Both the position numbers and the translations under genes were made by a program. A stretch of 64,000 bases of DNA. Origin: an uncultured archaeon. Its GTDB lineage: Archaea; Thermoproteota; Nitrososphaeria; Nitrososphaerales; Gagatemarchaeaceae. Location of the stretch: positions 608,001 to 672,000 of the forward strand of contig CAWCYD010000003.1 in assembly GCA_963799775.1 (NCBI GenBank). The letters are read 5' to 3'. Under the pieces are notes generated by a model. That model saw only the letters and a program-made list of their open reading frames with translations. It was not told where the DNA came from and made no database searches. Of this stretch, positions 19,646 to 29,101 are shown piece by piece. Every line of letters starts with the position of its first letter. Position 1 is the stretch's first letter.

Positions 19646-20248
19646 CTAGCCGCTAATGCCTGAGGTGACAGTAAAGACGTTGACGGCGCCCGTTGTACTC
19701 ACAACCTTCACGGTGTGTCCCGTACCGTAGGCGATGGGACTGCTGAACGTGATGACGACCTGCCCGACGTCCTCGACGCTGTAAGACGTCTTTGGTGTCG
19801 TCGATGTGAAGCATATCGACGTAGGGGACCCCGCTGTGCTCGTGCAGGCTGCGTTCGCGTAGTCGTTGACAAGGGTTGTCGAAGGCGCGGTGTATGCTTG
19901 ATCGTTCAAGCCTGCGAGGGATACGTCGGGACCGAGGAAAGGAGCGGACTGCAACGCCAATAGAGTACCGTCAAAGTAGACCGCAGAGATTTTCGTGATA
20001 GCTGGTCCCGGATTGAAGAGGAATATCTGCAACACATACTGAGCGCAACCACAGGCACCTGGGCTCAGGGCAAAGTTGTAGGACTGGATCGTCAGCTTCT
20101 CGGTCACCGGCTGCCCTCCGTTCTGCGTGAGGTTCCCAGCCAGTCCTCCGACGAAGACGTAGACGATTATTGCGGCTGCCACAGATATCGCTATCAGGAG
20201 CAGAGTAGCCACGATTACCGATACCCCTGGCCTGCCCTCAGATCGCAT
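19646..20248 (-). CDS. Archaeal type IV pilin
   Basis: GRPG/VSVIVATLLLIAISVAAA, C-terminal GTGHTVKVVSTTG. Confidence 0.88.
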   Translation of the reverse strand: MRSEGRPGVSVIVATLLLIAISVAAAIIVYVFVGGLAGNLTQNGGQPVTEKLTIQSYNFALSPGACGCAQYVLQIFLFNPGPAITKISAVYFDGTLLALQSAPFLGPDVSLAGLNDQAYTAPSTTLVNDYANAACTSTAGSPTSICFTSTTPKTSYSVEDVGQVVITFSSPIAYGTGHTVKVVSTTGAVNVFTVTSGISG

Positions 20249-20415
20249 CTTCGAGGGGCTTCTCACCTCGCTCTGGATATATCGGTTGCGAACGAAGGAT
20301 TCACCGCCGCCTTCGACAGACCTTCGCCTCGGGCGTCGGCGGCCTCTTCGTCCCGGAGGCATATCGGGGTTTTATCTGCTGATCGATACCGTCCTTCCGG
20401 GACCGTCCAAAGTCG

Positions 20416-20840
20416 TCACGAAACTCTCCATGAAATGCCTTCCCGCCAGGGTTCGGCCAAGCGAAGGCGGGCATGGATCATCACCTCGAGTTCGTGCGAG
20501 CCTGGTCTGACCATCTTCCTCGAAGTGAACAGGGGAAGGCTCCTCGAGTCAGGGATCACCGCATAGTACTCATCGCTCCAGATGTCGTTGAGGAGCCCCA
20601 GGGATGGGAATGTTGAGAAAGGGATGACGATGCCGCCGTCGAACCCAGAATCCAAAACGCACTCGAGCGATAGCCCGAGAAGGTCGACCTTGACCACGGG
20701 CGCAGCCGGGAGATACCTATCGCTGTAGGGCCATCTCTGGTCCAAGGTTTAGCTCGTGCCTCTCGGGAGCGTGTTCAATTCGGAACGTCATAGCGAGCCG
20801 GAATCTGGAGGCCGTGCTCCGCGCCGCTTCATATTCACTG
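20416..20840 (-). pseudogene. Degenerate second copy of the DUF5678-like/aspartic protease pair
   Basis: Protease CVLDSGFDGGIVIP with a frameshifted tail. Upstream fragment EYEAARSTASRFRLAMTF...ELNLGPEMAL matches the end of 10676-11065. Confidence 0.8.
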
Positions 20841-20906
20841 CGATGGCTGGGTTGTAGTGGAACTTCATCCTACTTCTTTTCGATGTTTGAAAATACTTTT
20901 AGCTTA

Positions 20907-20926
20907 CGTAACATCTGCATGTTACG
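20907..20926. promoter_or_regulatory. Inverted repeat, probable RHH autoregulatory operator
   Basis: CGTAACAT-ctgc-ATGTTACG directly before the RHH start codon. Confidence 0.65.
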
Positions 20927-20929
20927 CAT

Positions 20930-21205
20930 ATGGAAATCCTCAACGTCAAAGTCGAAAAGGAGACCAAGGAGAAGATAGAAAGGATTGTCAGGTCCAAGGG
21001 CTACAAGAACAGGAGTGAGGCGGTAAGGGGGATAATTGAAGACCACTTCGCTGAGCACCCAGAGCTGTTCGCCGGCGACGACATCGCCCCGCTTTTAGCG
21101 CAGGCAGACGAACTCTCCGACTCGGACTTCGACCGATTGGCCGCCGAGGTCTTCAAGGGCTCGAATACGGCGGCCGAGCTCGTCGCAGAAGGAAGAGAAA
21201 GGTGA
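20930..21205 (+). CDS. CopG/RHH-family antitoxin
   Basis: ILNVKVEKETKEKIERIVRSKGYKNRSEAVR. Confidence 0.85.
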   Translation: MEILNVKVEKETKEKIERIVRSKGYKNRSEAVRGIIEDHFAEHPELFAGDDIAPLLAQADELSDSDFDRLAAEVFKGSNTAAELVAEGRER

Positions 21206-21208
21206 GGC

Positions 21209-21757
21209 ATGAAGCAGTTCTACATGGATACGAACGTATTCATTGCAAGTCTCAAACGCGATGACCCGTTTCACTCGGAGGCGAGGACTATGGCCAAGAG
21301 CATGAATGAAAGGCAAGTTAGGGCGGTCACTTCTGTCTTCACTCTTCTTGAGGTCGCGTCGGTCTCCGGCAGGCTCTACGGCTCCGGGCCGAAGGGATTC
21401 AAGTCAGCAACCAGGCAGGTTTTCATCATCAAGACACTAAAGAGGCTGGCGGCGCTCAATCCGGAGCTCATCAACATCGCGGGCGACGTTCCGGTGGGCG
21501 TTAAGGGGATTGACATAATCCTACCGAGCATCTTTAACGAGTCGATTCTATTGAGCCTTAAGACCGCTGTGAGGAGCCTCGACCTGATCCACCTGACGGC
21601 CGCGAGGCATGCAAAGCGAGCGAACGTTGAGCTTGGAGCGTTCGTCACTGGAGACAATGAACTCCTCTCAAGGAAGAAGGAACTCTCAGACATCATCGCG
21701 ATGCCGATTCTATCGCCGGCCGAGTACGTAAAAGCGGTAGGTCTGACCTCGCGTTAA
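21209..21757 (+). CDS. PIN-domain toxin
   Basis: YMDTNVFI, TLLEV, RSLDLIHL, FVTGD. Confidence 0.88.
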   Translation: MKQFYMDTNVFIASLKRDDPFHSEARTMAKSMNERQVRAVTSVFTLLEVASVSGRLYGSGPKGFKSATRQVFIIKTLKRLAALNPELINIAGDVPVGVKGIDIILPSIFNESILLSLKTAVRSLDLIHLTAARHAKRANVELGAFVTGDNELLSRKKELSDIIAMPILSPAEYVKAVGLTSR

Positions 21758-21956
21758 CAGGCGAACACGCGGTGGCGCGAGTATCCGACCCCACCAGCCG
21801 TGCTCCTTCTGCACCCGTCGTAGCTACCCACGATGGGTTTGCCCGAGAGACCCGTCACGAACGGAGATTCTCTCCGCCGCCACGAATGATATCGCAATAC
21901 CCCAGGAGCAGCGTTATCATGATGACCGGACCCCCGTCTTTCTTCGGAACTTCATC

Positions 21957-24900
21957 CTAGGGAAGCTCCACGACCGAGATCTGCGGGTTTGCGTACGTCC
22001 AGGCATCAGTACCAGTGGTACCACCGTCCGTCACGCGAAGGTCGAACCAGTACGTGGTCCCGGGGGAGAGCCCCACCAGCGATGCACTCACGGACTCTAC
22101 GATTTCTGCGTTGCGGGCTCCTCCTGGTGTCCCAACAGCTTGCGTGTACGTGTTCCCGATTACCGTCCCAGTCGAGGCAGCAGCACAGATGGACGCGGTC
22201 GGAGGGGTGCCTGTCCCATAGACCCAATTCCAGGTGCTCGTGTCACCTGCGGTAGTGGCGTCGACAATGTTGAAAGTCAGGTCCACCTGTATGTTCCCCG
22301 AACCGTAGGATGTGGTGGTGTACTGCATATCGTTGCTCACCGCCCCCGACACGCGGGAGAACCCCATCATCTCGGTGGTGGTCGTGATTGGCGAGCAAGT
22401 GTTGGTGTTCGACGAGAACTCAGTATTGCTATGGACGAAATCGGGCGGCATTATGTCCATTACCGCCAAGGCAGGGTTGGAGTAGGTCCAGACCCCTGTG
22501 GTCGAGTCCGTCGCTTGGACATCGAACCAGTACTGGGTGCCCCTCGTAAGACCGGTGAGCACGAACCCTATGGTCTGCCCCATCCCGCCCACGACGGCCG
22601 CCTCGGTGTCGATGGTGTACTGGTTGCCAACGGTCGTGCCGGTGGCGGCCGCGTTGCACGCAGGTGGGGCGCCGGTCCCATAGACGACCTGCCACTTGCT
22701 GTTCAGGCTCGCGGTCGCCGGGCTGGCCACCTTGAAGGTCAGAGCGGCGAAGATGCTGCCGGTCGACGAAGAAAGGGTGGTGTAAGTGGCGCCGAAGCCT
22801 GCCATCCCGTTGGCGGCAGTGTTGCGCCCGCATGAGTTCGCACTGAAGTTGAAACCCACGTTGGGAGAAAGGCTCTCCGCACCGGGCATCTGGGCCACCG
22901 CGAGGGTCGGATTGGTGTATATCCAGCTTGCGGCGCTGGAATCTGTGACCTGGACGTCGAACCAGTATGTCGTGCTCGAAGCCAGGTTGGGGATGACGAC
23001 GCTCTCGCTCTGGCCCATCTGCAGGGCCACGGCGGCCTCAGTGCTTACCTCGTACTGGTCGCCGACCGTCGTTCCCGTGGAGGCAGCATCGCAAGCGGGA
23101 GCGGTTCCAGTGCCGTAGGCGATCCTCCACTGAGAGTTGATGCCCGACGTCGCTGGCGACTGCACCCCCATGCTGAGCGTGAGGTAGAGGTTACCGTCGA
23201 AGCTCGTCCCGCCGGTCGTGTAGGTGGCCGCGAGGCCGCCCATCTCCGTCCCCGCGAACGAGATCGTGCACGTGTTCGTGTTGGACGAATAGCCGAGCTG
23301 CGGGGCCGTCAGCGCAGTCGTGAGCACATCGGTCACGGAGAGGGAGGGCAGCGAGTAGACCCACCCGCCCGCAGTGGAATCCACGACTTGGACGTCGAAC
23401 CAATACGTCGTGCTGGCAGACAGGCCGGTTATCGTCACGCCTACGGACTGGCTTGTGCCCAGCACCACGGCCGCCTCAGTGCTGACCGTGTACTGCTCTC
23501 CCGAAAGCGTCCCAGTGGCCGCAGAGTTGCATGCGGGAGCGGTCCCTGTCCCATAGGCGAGCTCCCACTTTGAGTTGATCCCGCTCACCGCGGGCGAGGC
23601 GACGTTGAATGTGAGAACGACGTAGATGCCCCCCGTGGAGGAGGCGCTCGTTTTGTAGGTGGCGCCCAAGCCCATCATCAATGCGGTCCCAGAGGTGACA
23701 TCGGTGCACGTGTTCGCGTTGGAAGTGAAGCTCACGGCCGGGGACTCGTCGGACGGCGCAGAACAAAGCTGAGCTGGCGAAATCTCGGTCAAGAACTGCC
23801 CCGTTGAGCACGCGGTCGATGTCCCGGGCAGTGTCGTGGCGGTGGTCTGAGCCTGCACGCCGGTGTCCGTGCTGATGGTGACAAGGTAGCTCGTCGACGC
23901 TGTCCAGATGAAGCGGAACGGGATGACCATCGTGCCGCCTTGTCCCACCCAGTAATCAAAGTCCTCGGTCGAGTTGTAATACCAGTGGGCGACAAGCGTG
24001 TTCGTCCCTGAGTTGTAAACATAGAGGTCGACCACGTGGACTGCGAACGGGCTGCTGTTTGAGACGGTCAGCGTCGAGAGCGCAGCGAACCTGATGTTGA
24101 ACGCCGCCCCGGCGCCGGTCCAAGTTATGGCCATCGCGTTGTCAGCCGGCGCTAGGCCGTTTATCGCCGATTCGGACGACTCGAGAGTTATCGCCTGGCT
24201 CCAGCTGCCGCTGGCACCGAGCAGACTGCTGGTGTAGTATTGGATCGAGGCGGAGGTGGGGTTGTCGAACAGGGCGAGCGTGGTCCCGGAGGAGGTCAGC
24301 GCCGCCTGCCAGGCCACCGAGGTCGTGCTCTCGATCACCACTTCGACGGAGTTAGCTGGGCTGTTCAGAGCGACGATGTTCGGAGAGGTGTACGTGAATG
24401 GCAAGGTCCAGAACCGTAGCTCTCCCGTGGTCGCGCCGGTCGCTGTCCCCGCGAGGCCTGCGAAGTAGAACGTGTTGCTGATGAAGAGGGCAGAAGAAGA
24501 AGTCAGAGAGTAGTCGACGTAGCCTCCCGACAGAGTCAAGGTGATGGTCTGCCATGTCGTGGACGCGAGAGTGGCTTGCGTGACCATCGTCAAGGACCCG
24601 GTCGACGGGTTCGTGGCGCTGCCCGTCTCGTACATCAGCACCACCCCTTGCGAGTTCACCGTGCTCGGGACAGGCTCGAAGATGGTGTGGACGTTCGCGC
24701 TCAGGCCGGTGAATGTGCCTGCGTAGTTCGACGGTGCGCCACTGCTTGAACAGGCGTTAGGCTCCCATCCGTTCGCCGCCGAAGTACCGGACGAGCAGGG
24801 TAACCTCTCATAGACGCCGATCGCGTAGGGACTCGCCCCAACGACTATCGCGACCCACTGGTTCCCGGCGGCGTCGACCGCCATGTTGATCGGCCCGAAG

Positions 24901-25517
24901 GCGACCCCCGAGGCCGCGATCGTGGCTACCTGGGCAGGAAGGCTCGTCCATGATAAGATCCCACCCGGAGCGGAGTTCGTCCCCCCGGCGGTCAGGGTGC
25001 CGACGCCGAATTGAAAGTCGCTCGACCCTACCTTAGCTATCGCAAGGTAGAGGGTCGTTCCCGAGACCTCGACATCGAAATACGGCCCGACAGTGTAGCC
25101 CGCGACCAAGCTGGGAATGGTGATGGGAGGATTCCACGTCACCCCGTCGAACGAGCTGGAGTACTGATAGTTGCTGTTGCAGGTGAAGAATTCCCACCAC
25201 ATGCCAGAGACGTAGAAGAGTTTCTGCCGATTGGAGGGGTAGGTGGCCTGCGAATTGCAAGTGTTCGGGCTCGAGACGACGTTGTAGTTCGAAGTCGTCG
25301 ACGGCGGGTAGGCACCGAACGTCTCGCCGGTGATCGAGAGCTTTGTGGTCGCGATCTGGTTCTGGGCATTGCTGGCCTTGTTCACCGCAGAGTTGTAGTT
25401 GGTGAAGGAGTTGAAGATGGTCACAAGCGACCCTATCGCGACCACCATGATCAGCACGAAGAAGATTGACCCGACTATCGATGAGACTCCCTTCCGTCTG
25501 CGGTCGAGAAAACGCAA
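21957..25517 (-). CDS. Giant pilin-like adhesin (1186 aa) with inserted propeller-like domain and four C-terminal tandem repeats
   Basis: RRKG/VSSIVGSIFFVLI signal, SSFDGVTW, four copies of YGTGTAPACNAAATGT...TYWFDVQVTDS. Confidence 0.85.
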   Translation of the reverse strand: MRFLDRRRKGVSSIVGSIFFVLIMVVAIGSLVTIFNSFTNYNSAVNKASNAQNQIATTKLSITGETFGAYPPSTTSNYNVVSSPNTCNSQATYPSNRQKLFYVSGMWWEFFTCNSNYQYSSSFDGVTWNPPITIPSLVAGYTVGPYFDVEVSGTTLYLAIAKVGSSDFQFGVGTLTAGGTNSAPGGILSWTSLPAQVATIAASGVAFGPINMAVDAAGNQWVAIVVGASPYAIGVYERLPCSSGTSAANGWEPNACSSSGAPSNYAGTFTGLSANVHTIFEPVPSTVNSQGVVLMYETGSATNPSTGSLTMVTQATLASTTWQTITLTLSGGYVDYSLTSSSALFISNTFYFAGLAGTATGATTGELRFWTLPFTYTSPNIVALNSPANSVEVVIESTTSVAWQAALTSSGTTLALFDNPTSASIQYYTSSLLGASGSWSQAITLESSESAINGLAPADNAMAITWTGAGAAFNIRFAALSTLTVSNSSPFAVHVVDLYVYNSGTNTLVAHWYYNSTEDFDYWVGQGGTMVIPFRFIWTASTSYLVTISTDTGVQAQTTATTLPGTSTACSTGQFLTEISPAQLCSAPSDESPAVSFTSNANTCTDVTSGTALMMGLGATYKTSASSTGGIYVVLTFNVASPAVSGINSKWELAYGTGTAPACNSAATGTLSGEQYTVSTEAAVVLGTSQSVGVTITGLSASTTYWFDVQVVDSTAGGWVYSLPSLSVTDVLTTALTAPQLGYSSNTNTCTISFAGTEMGGLAATYTTGGTSFDGNLYLTLSMGVQSPATSGINSQWRIAYGTGTAPACDAASTGTTVGDQYEVSTEAAVALQMGQSESVVIPNLASSTTYWFDVQVTDSSAASWIYTNPTLAVAQMPGAESLSPNVGFNFSANSCGRNTAANGMAGFGATYTTLSSSTGSIFAALTFKVASPATASLNSKWQVVYGTGAPPACNAAATGTTVGNQYTIDTEAAVVGGMGQTIGFVLTGLTRGTQYWFDVQATDSTTGVWTYSNPALAVMDIMPPDFVHSNTEFSSNTNTCSPITTTTEMMGFSRVSGAVSNDMQYTTTSYGSGNIQVDLTFNIVDATTAGDTSTWNWVYGTGTPPTASICAAASTGTVIGNTYTQAVGTPGGARNAEIVESVSASLVGLSPGTTYWFDLRVTDGGTTGTDAWTYANPQISVVELP

Positions 25518-25518
25518 G

Positions 25519-26715
25519 CTAGGTCGCCTCTGCCTGGTACACGACGCTGTTCCCTAGCGACGAGGAGACGACGAACGAGTAGGTGTGACCGTGCGTCGGC
25601 GTGAAGGTGAGCGTGGTGTGAGGTATCTCCACAAAGGTGCCGACCTGGACGGTGGTGCTCACCGTCGTCTGGGACACGAAACTGCCTGATGTCGTGTCGG
25701 TGATGTAGACCGAGACAAGCGTCGTCTGGATGCTTCCTCCGTTTCTCACGTAGACGTCTGCTCCCGAAGTCGGTGCTGGCGAGGCTTGAATCGCATCGGC
25801 TTCCATGATCCACCTGTCAGACGAATCTGTGGTCGTCCCGAATGTCACTGTGCTAGAGGACTGGGTCGCGCTGACCACCTTGTACTCGAGGCTCGCTTCG
25901 GAGCCACCGACCCCGCCTCCATCCACCGGAGTAGTGACCAATGAGAAGCCAGAACCCGCGGTCTCTGTGGGAAAGCTCGCGTCACCGGCCGTCAAGACTC
26001 CCGCGAAGCCCAGGATCATGTCATTGGCGTCGGTGGTGGACACCCCGCTCGCTGTGGGTATCGAAGCCGTCGAGCCTGTGGCGCCCGCGGGGACGGAGAC
26101 GTTCGGGTCCCAGGGACTGGCAGTGTTCGCGCCTGAGATTCCAAACGCGATAATCGAGCAGTCGTCGGTGGCACCGCTGAGCGTTACCGTGATGGCTAAG
26201 CTGCTTAGAGGTGATGAGGCTATCGCATACCAGACTTCGGCATCCGAGTAGGGCGTTGCGCTCAGAGACCCTCCAGACCTCCTCAGGAAGGAGAGTCCTG
26301 CCGCAGTGACCCCGCTGGCCGCGATGGTGCGAAGCGGCCCACCCTGGTTCTCGTTCGACGCCAGAACGATGATTACGTCGTTCGAATGGACGGTCGTCAA
26401 GGTCGCCGAGCCGGAGGTTGTCCCAGAAGTGCAGGGGGCCGATTGCGTTGCCGCCCCGAAACAGCCAATGGCGTAGCCGTCAGGGGCGAGTGTTCCCACA
26501 GACCCTATCGTGAATGCGACCTGCTCGACCGTGAACGTCTCGGCTACAGCGTTTTGTTTTCCTTTCATCCCGGCTGAGTACCCTTGGCTGAAGGTCCGCA
26601 TCCCGGCGGATGCAAATCCGAAGATGATGACCCCAAGGCTGATGACGATGGCGAGCATCAGGATGACCCCGACGATCTCGCTCACGCCCCTCCGCCCCCG
26701 AGAAGGTGTCATCAT
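25519..26715 (-). CDS. Minor pilin with inserted extracellular domain
   Basis: RRG/VSEIVGVILMLAI. Termini align with 26712-27212 around an insert of roughly 235 aa. Confidence 0.85.
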   Translation of the reverse strand: MMTPSRGRRGVSEIVGVILMLAIVISLGVIIFGFASAGMRTFSQGYSAGMKGKQNAVAETFTVEQVAFTIGSVGTLAPDGYAIGCFGAATQSAPCTSGTTSGSATLTTVHSNDVIIVLASNENQGGPLRTIAASGVTAAGLSFLRRSGGSLSATPYSDAEVWYAIASSPLSSLAITVTLSGATDDCSIIAFGISGANTASPWDPNVSVPAGATGSTASIPTASGVSTTDANDMILGFAGVLTAGDASFPTETAGSGFSLVTTPVDGGGVGGSEASLEYKVVSATQSSSTVTFGTTTDSSDRWIMEADAIQASPAPTSGADVYVRNGGSIQTTLVSVYITDTTSGSFVSQTTVSTTVQVGTFVEIPHTTLTFTPTHGHTYSFVVSSSLGNSVVYQAEAT

Positions 26716-27212
26716 GTCGCCTTCGCGAAGAACTCCACGCTGTTGCCTAGGTTCGAGGTTACGGTGAAGGAGTACGTCTGGCCGTGAACCGGGGTGAAAG
26801 CCACCGTCGCAGAGGGTATGGTGACGAAGGAGTTGACGTTCAAAGCTGTGCTGATGGCGAACTGGCCGACGAAGGTCGAGGTCGACTGGTCGACGACGTA
26901 TACTGACACGAGAGTCGATGCTATCGTCCCGACGTTCCGAACGTAGACGTTGGCACCGGCCGACCCGCTGAACGCGAAGGTCACCTGTTCGACGAGGAAG
27001 TGCTCGGACGCGGCGTTCCCCTGACCCGAGATCAACCCCGTAAAGCTTCCGGTCAGGGAGCTGAGGCCGCCGCTCGCGAAGGTGAAGACGATGATGCCCA
27101 GGGAGACCACGACCGCCACCAAGAGGAGGGTCGAGACGATCTCGCTGACCCCGCGCCTCTTGCGATAACTCCTGCCGATGGTGGAGGAGATGTGGAACCT
27201 CATCAAGAACAC
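26712..27212 (-). CDS. Archaeal type IV (minor) pilin
   Basis: RRG/VSEIVSTLLLVAVVV. Confidence 0.88.
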   Translation of the reverse strand: MFLMRFHISSTIGRSYRKRRGVSEIVSTLLLVAVVVSLGIIVFTFASGGLSSLTGSFTGLISGQGNAASEHFLVEQVTFAFSGSAGANVYVRNVGTIASTLVSVYVVDQSTSTFVGQFAISTALNVNSFVTIPSATVAFTPVHGQTYSFTVTSNLGNSVEFFAKAT

Positions 27213-27215
27213 CCC

Positions 27216-28220
27216 TTACTGTGAGGGCTTCGGCTGGCTCGAAGCCTCCAGCAGCGCCTTCACCTTCTGTACCGCCCCAGCGCCGTCACCGTCCTCTACC
27301 AGGGTGATGCCGTAACCCTCGTTGATCTGCTTCGCCGCGAGCGAGGCGGTAGGGATGGCGATGAGGATCGATAGCTTCGGCCGCAGGTCGTACGTCTTTG
27401 CGAAGAACGAGATCACGGCGGAGGGTTCCACTGCGACCGCGTCTACCGCTATCTGGATGGCAACGTCTGCGTTCTCGCCTCCCGGGCCCGTCTTCTTTCC
27501 GTAGACGTCTAGCGTGTGACTCGTCCCGGAGCGGCCTTGAAGAGTCGCTGGCGAGAGCACGTCGTACCCCATCGGACTCATCAGCTGGACGAGAGCTGGG
27601 GCGAGTATCAGGGCGTTCTTGAGCTGCGCCACCACCGAGGCCTCCACTGAATAGGAGTAGGCAGGGGCGAGCCTCAGGTCCGCTGTCCCGAACTCGTGCC
27701 CCTCCCTGCAAGTGAAGACGACCTTGGGGAGGCTCGTCTTGGTGAGGCAGTTCTGGCACTCGAACCACACGCCCGAGCTCCGCATCTCGTCGGCGCGGTG
27801 GATGGGCCTCTTGCAGTTGGGGCAGACGAGGAACCCCCCCTTGTCGAACTTGGAGTCGGCGTCGATGTACCCGCAGTAGAGGTGCTCGACGAGCGCCGTC
27901 TTCCTCATCCTCCTCGCCTTGCACTTTGTGCACTCGAGCTGGACGAGCGGGTCCGCCCTCATGTGCATGGGGCAGGTCACGAGGTCCTTGTAGGCGCCTT
28001 TCTTCATGATCCCGTCCTTGAGCATGTCCTCTATCCAGACCTCCGTCGCCTTTGTGTCGCCGATGACCTCCTCCGCCATGAGGTAGCGCACGAGCCCGTC
28101 CGGCCCCACCTCGGGCTCGAGAGACTTGCTGTCGACGATGAGCCTCCGAAGGAGCTCCCTCGTCTTCGGGTCGGTGAGGAGCTTCTGCCTCCCCGTCCCG
28201 TTCTCGGATGACACTTGCAT
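27216..28220 (-). CDS. TackOD1-like multi-zinc-ribbon protein with C-terminal restriction-endonuclease-like domain
   Basis: CPMH, CTKC, EHLYCGY, CPNC, WFECQNC, CREGH, then GRSGTSHTLDV. Confidence 0.75.
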   Translation of the reverse strand: MQVSSENGTGRQKLLTDPKTRELLRRLIVDSKSLEPEVGPDGLVRYLMAEEVIGDTKATEVWIEDMLKDGIMKKGAYKDLVTCPMHMRADPLVQLECTKCKARRMRKTALVEHLYCGYIDADSKFDKGGFLVCPNCKRPIHRADEMRSSGVWFECQNCLTKTSLPKVVFTCREGHEFGTADLRLAPAYSYSVEASVVAQLKNALILAPALVQLMSPMGYDVLSPATLQGRSGTSHTLDVYGKKTGPGGENADVAIQIAVDAVAVEPSAVISFFAKTYDLRPKLSILIAIPTASLAAKQINEGYGITLVEDGDGAGAVQKVKALLEASSQPKPSQ

Positions 28221-28228
28221 CTACTATC

Positions 28229-29101
28229 TCAACTCACTAGGATCGTGAAGACCACTATGTTCAGGACTGCGAGGATTATCACGTGCTTGAACCCAGCGGC
28301 GAAGGAGGCCTCGCCGAGCTTGCCCGCTCCAAGCCCGCCGAAGACGGACTCCATCAGGCCCATCTGGAGGAACGCCTGTTTCAGAGCGGGGAGGTTGAGA
28401 CCGCCCAGTCCCGCGAAAATCGAGCCGCCCCCCTGGCTGAGCTTGGTGTTCGAAGCGAATATCTTCGCAAAGAAAGTATCGAGAAGCACCACCGATATGG
28501 CTAGGAATATGCCCACGGCGATGTAGATCGTCGCGATGTATGGCCTCAGAGTGTTCTTTCGCTCCTTCTCTATCTGGTGAAGCTCCGTCGTGTGGCGCTG
28601 GATGGCATCGAGGACGTCCTGGATGTTTCCCCCGGAGATGCTGGCCTGAGCGAGGGAAGCGAAGGTGCGCTTCGCCAACTGAGAGTCGACCCTCCGCACT
28701 TGGCCCTTCATGACCTGCTCGAAGGTCAGACCCCACGAGAGCTGGATCTTGTCCGTCCTGAGCTCTTCCGTCAGAGGCCCGTAGTCCGTTTCGGCCGCGA
28801 TCTCCATCGCCCTCGTCATGTTGAAGCCGCTCCTGACGCTGCCGGCGACGTCCGCGAGCATGTCCGGGATGCTGTCGTCTATCTTCGTGTACCACCTGTT
28901 GTAGGATCTCTCAGCCAGACCGGGGAAGATGAAGCAGCCGATTGCAGCGAGTATCGACATCGTGGCGACCGGGAAGGGAAGCGGGATCTTGAAGACGAGG
29001 TTCGCCACTAGGAGCAAGCTAGCGGCCGCCGCGGCGCATGCCGTGGTGACGCCGTAGAGGAGGGGCCTGCGGTAGTGGAACTCGCGAAGCTTCATCGTCA
29101 C
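28229..29101 (-). CDS. Type IV pilus platform protein (TadC/T2SSF family)
   Basis: IDDSIPDMLADVAGSVRSG...DYGPLTEEL...SGGN, multiple TM segments. Confidence 0.9.
   Translation of the reverse strand: MTMKLREFHYRRPLLYGVTTACAAAAASLLLVANLVFKIPLPFPVATMSILAAIGCFIFPGLAERSYNRWYTKIDDSIPDMLADVAGSVRSGFNMTRAMEIAAETDYGPLTEELRTDKIQLSWGLTFEQVMKGQVRRVDSQLAKRTFASLAQASISGGNIQDVLDAIQRHTTELHQIEKERKNTLRPYIATIYIAVGIFLAISVVLLDTFFAKIFASNTKLSQGGGSIFAGLGGLNLPALKQAFLQMGLMESVFGGLGAGKLGEASFAAGFKHVIILAVLNIVVFTILVS

Noticed and set aside
21957-23740. Diversity-generating retroelement acting on pilin or adhesin repeats
   Set aside because: No reverse transcriptase in the window, and the repeat differences are not adenine-specific.
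21989-26787. Many 60-230 aa antisense or alternate-frame ORFs over large genes (also 39-45 kb and 58-63 kb)
   Set aside because: Shadow ORFs expected from GC-rich codon usage, with no motifs.
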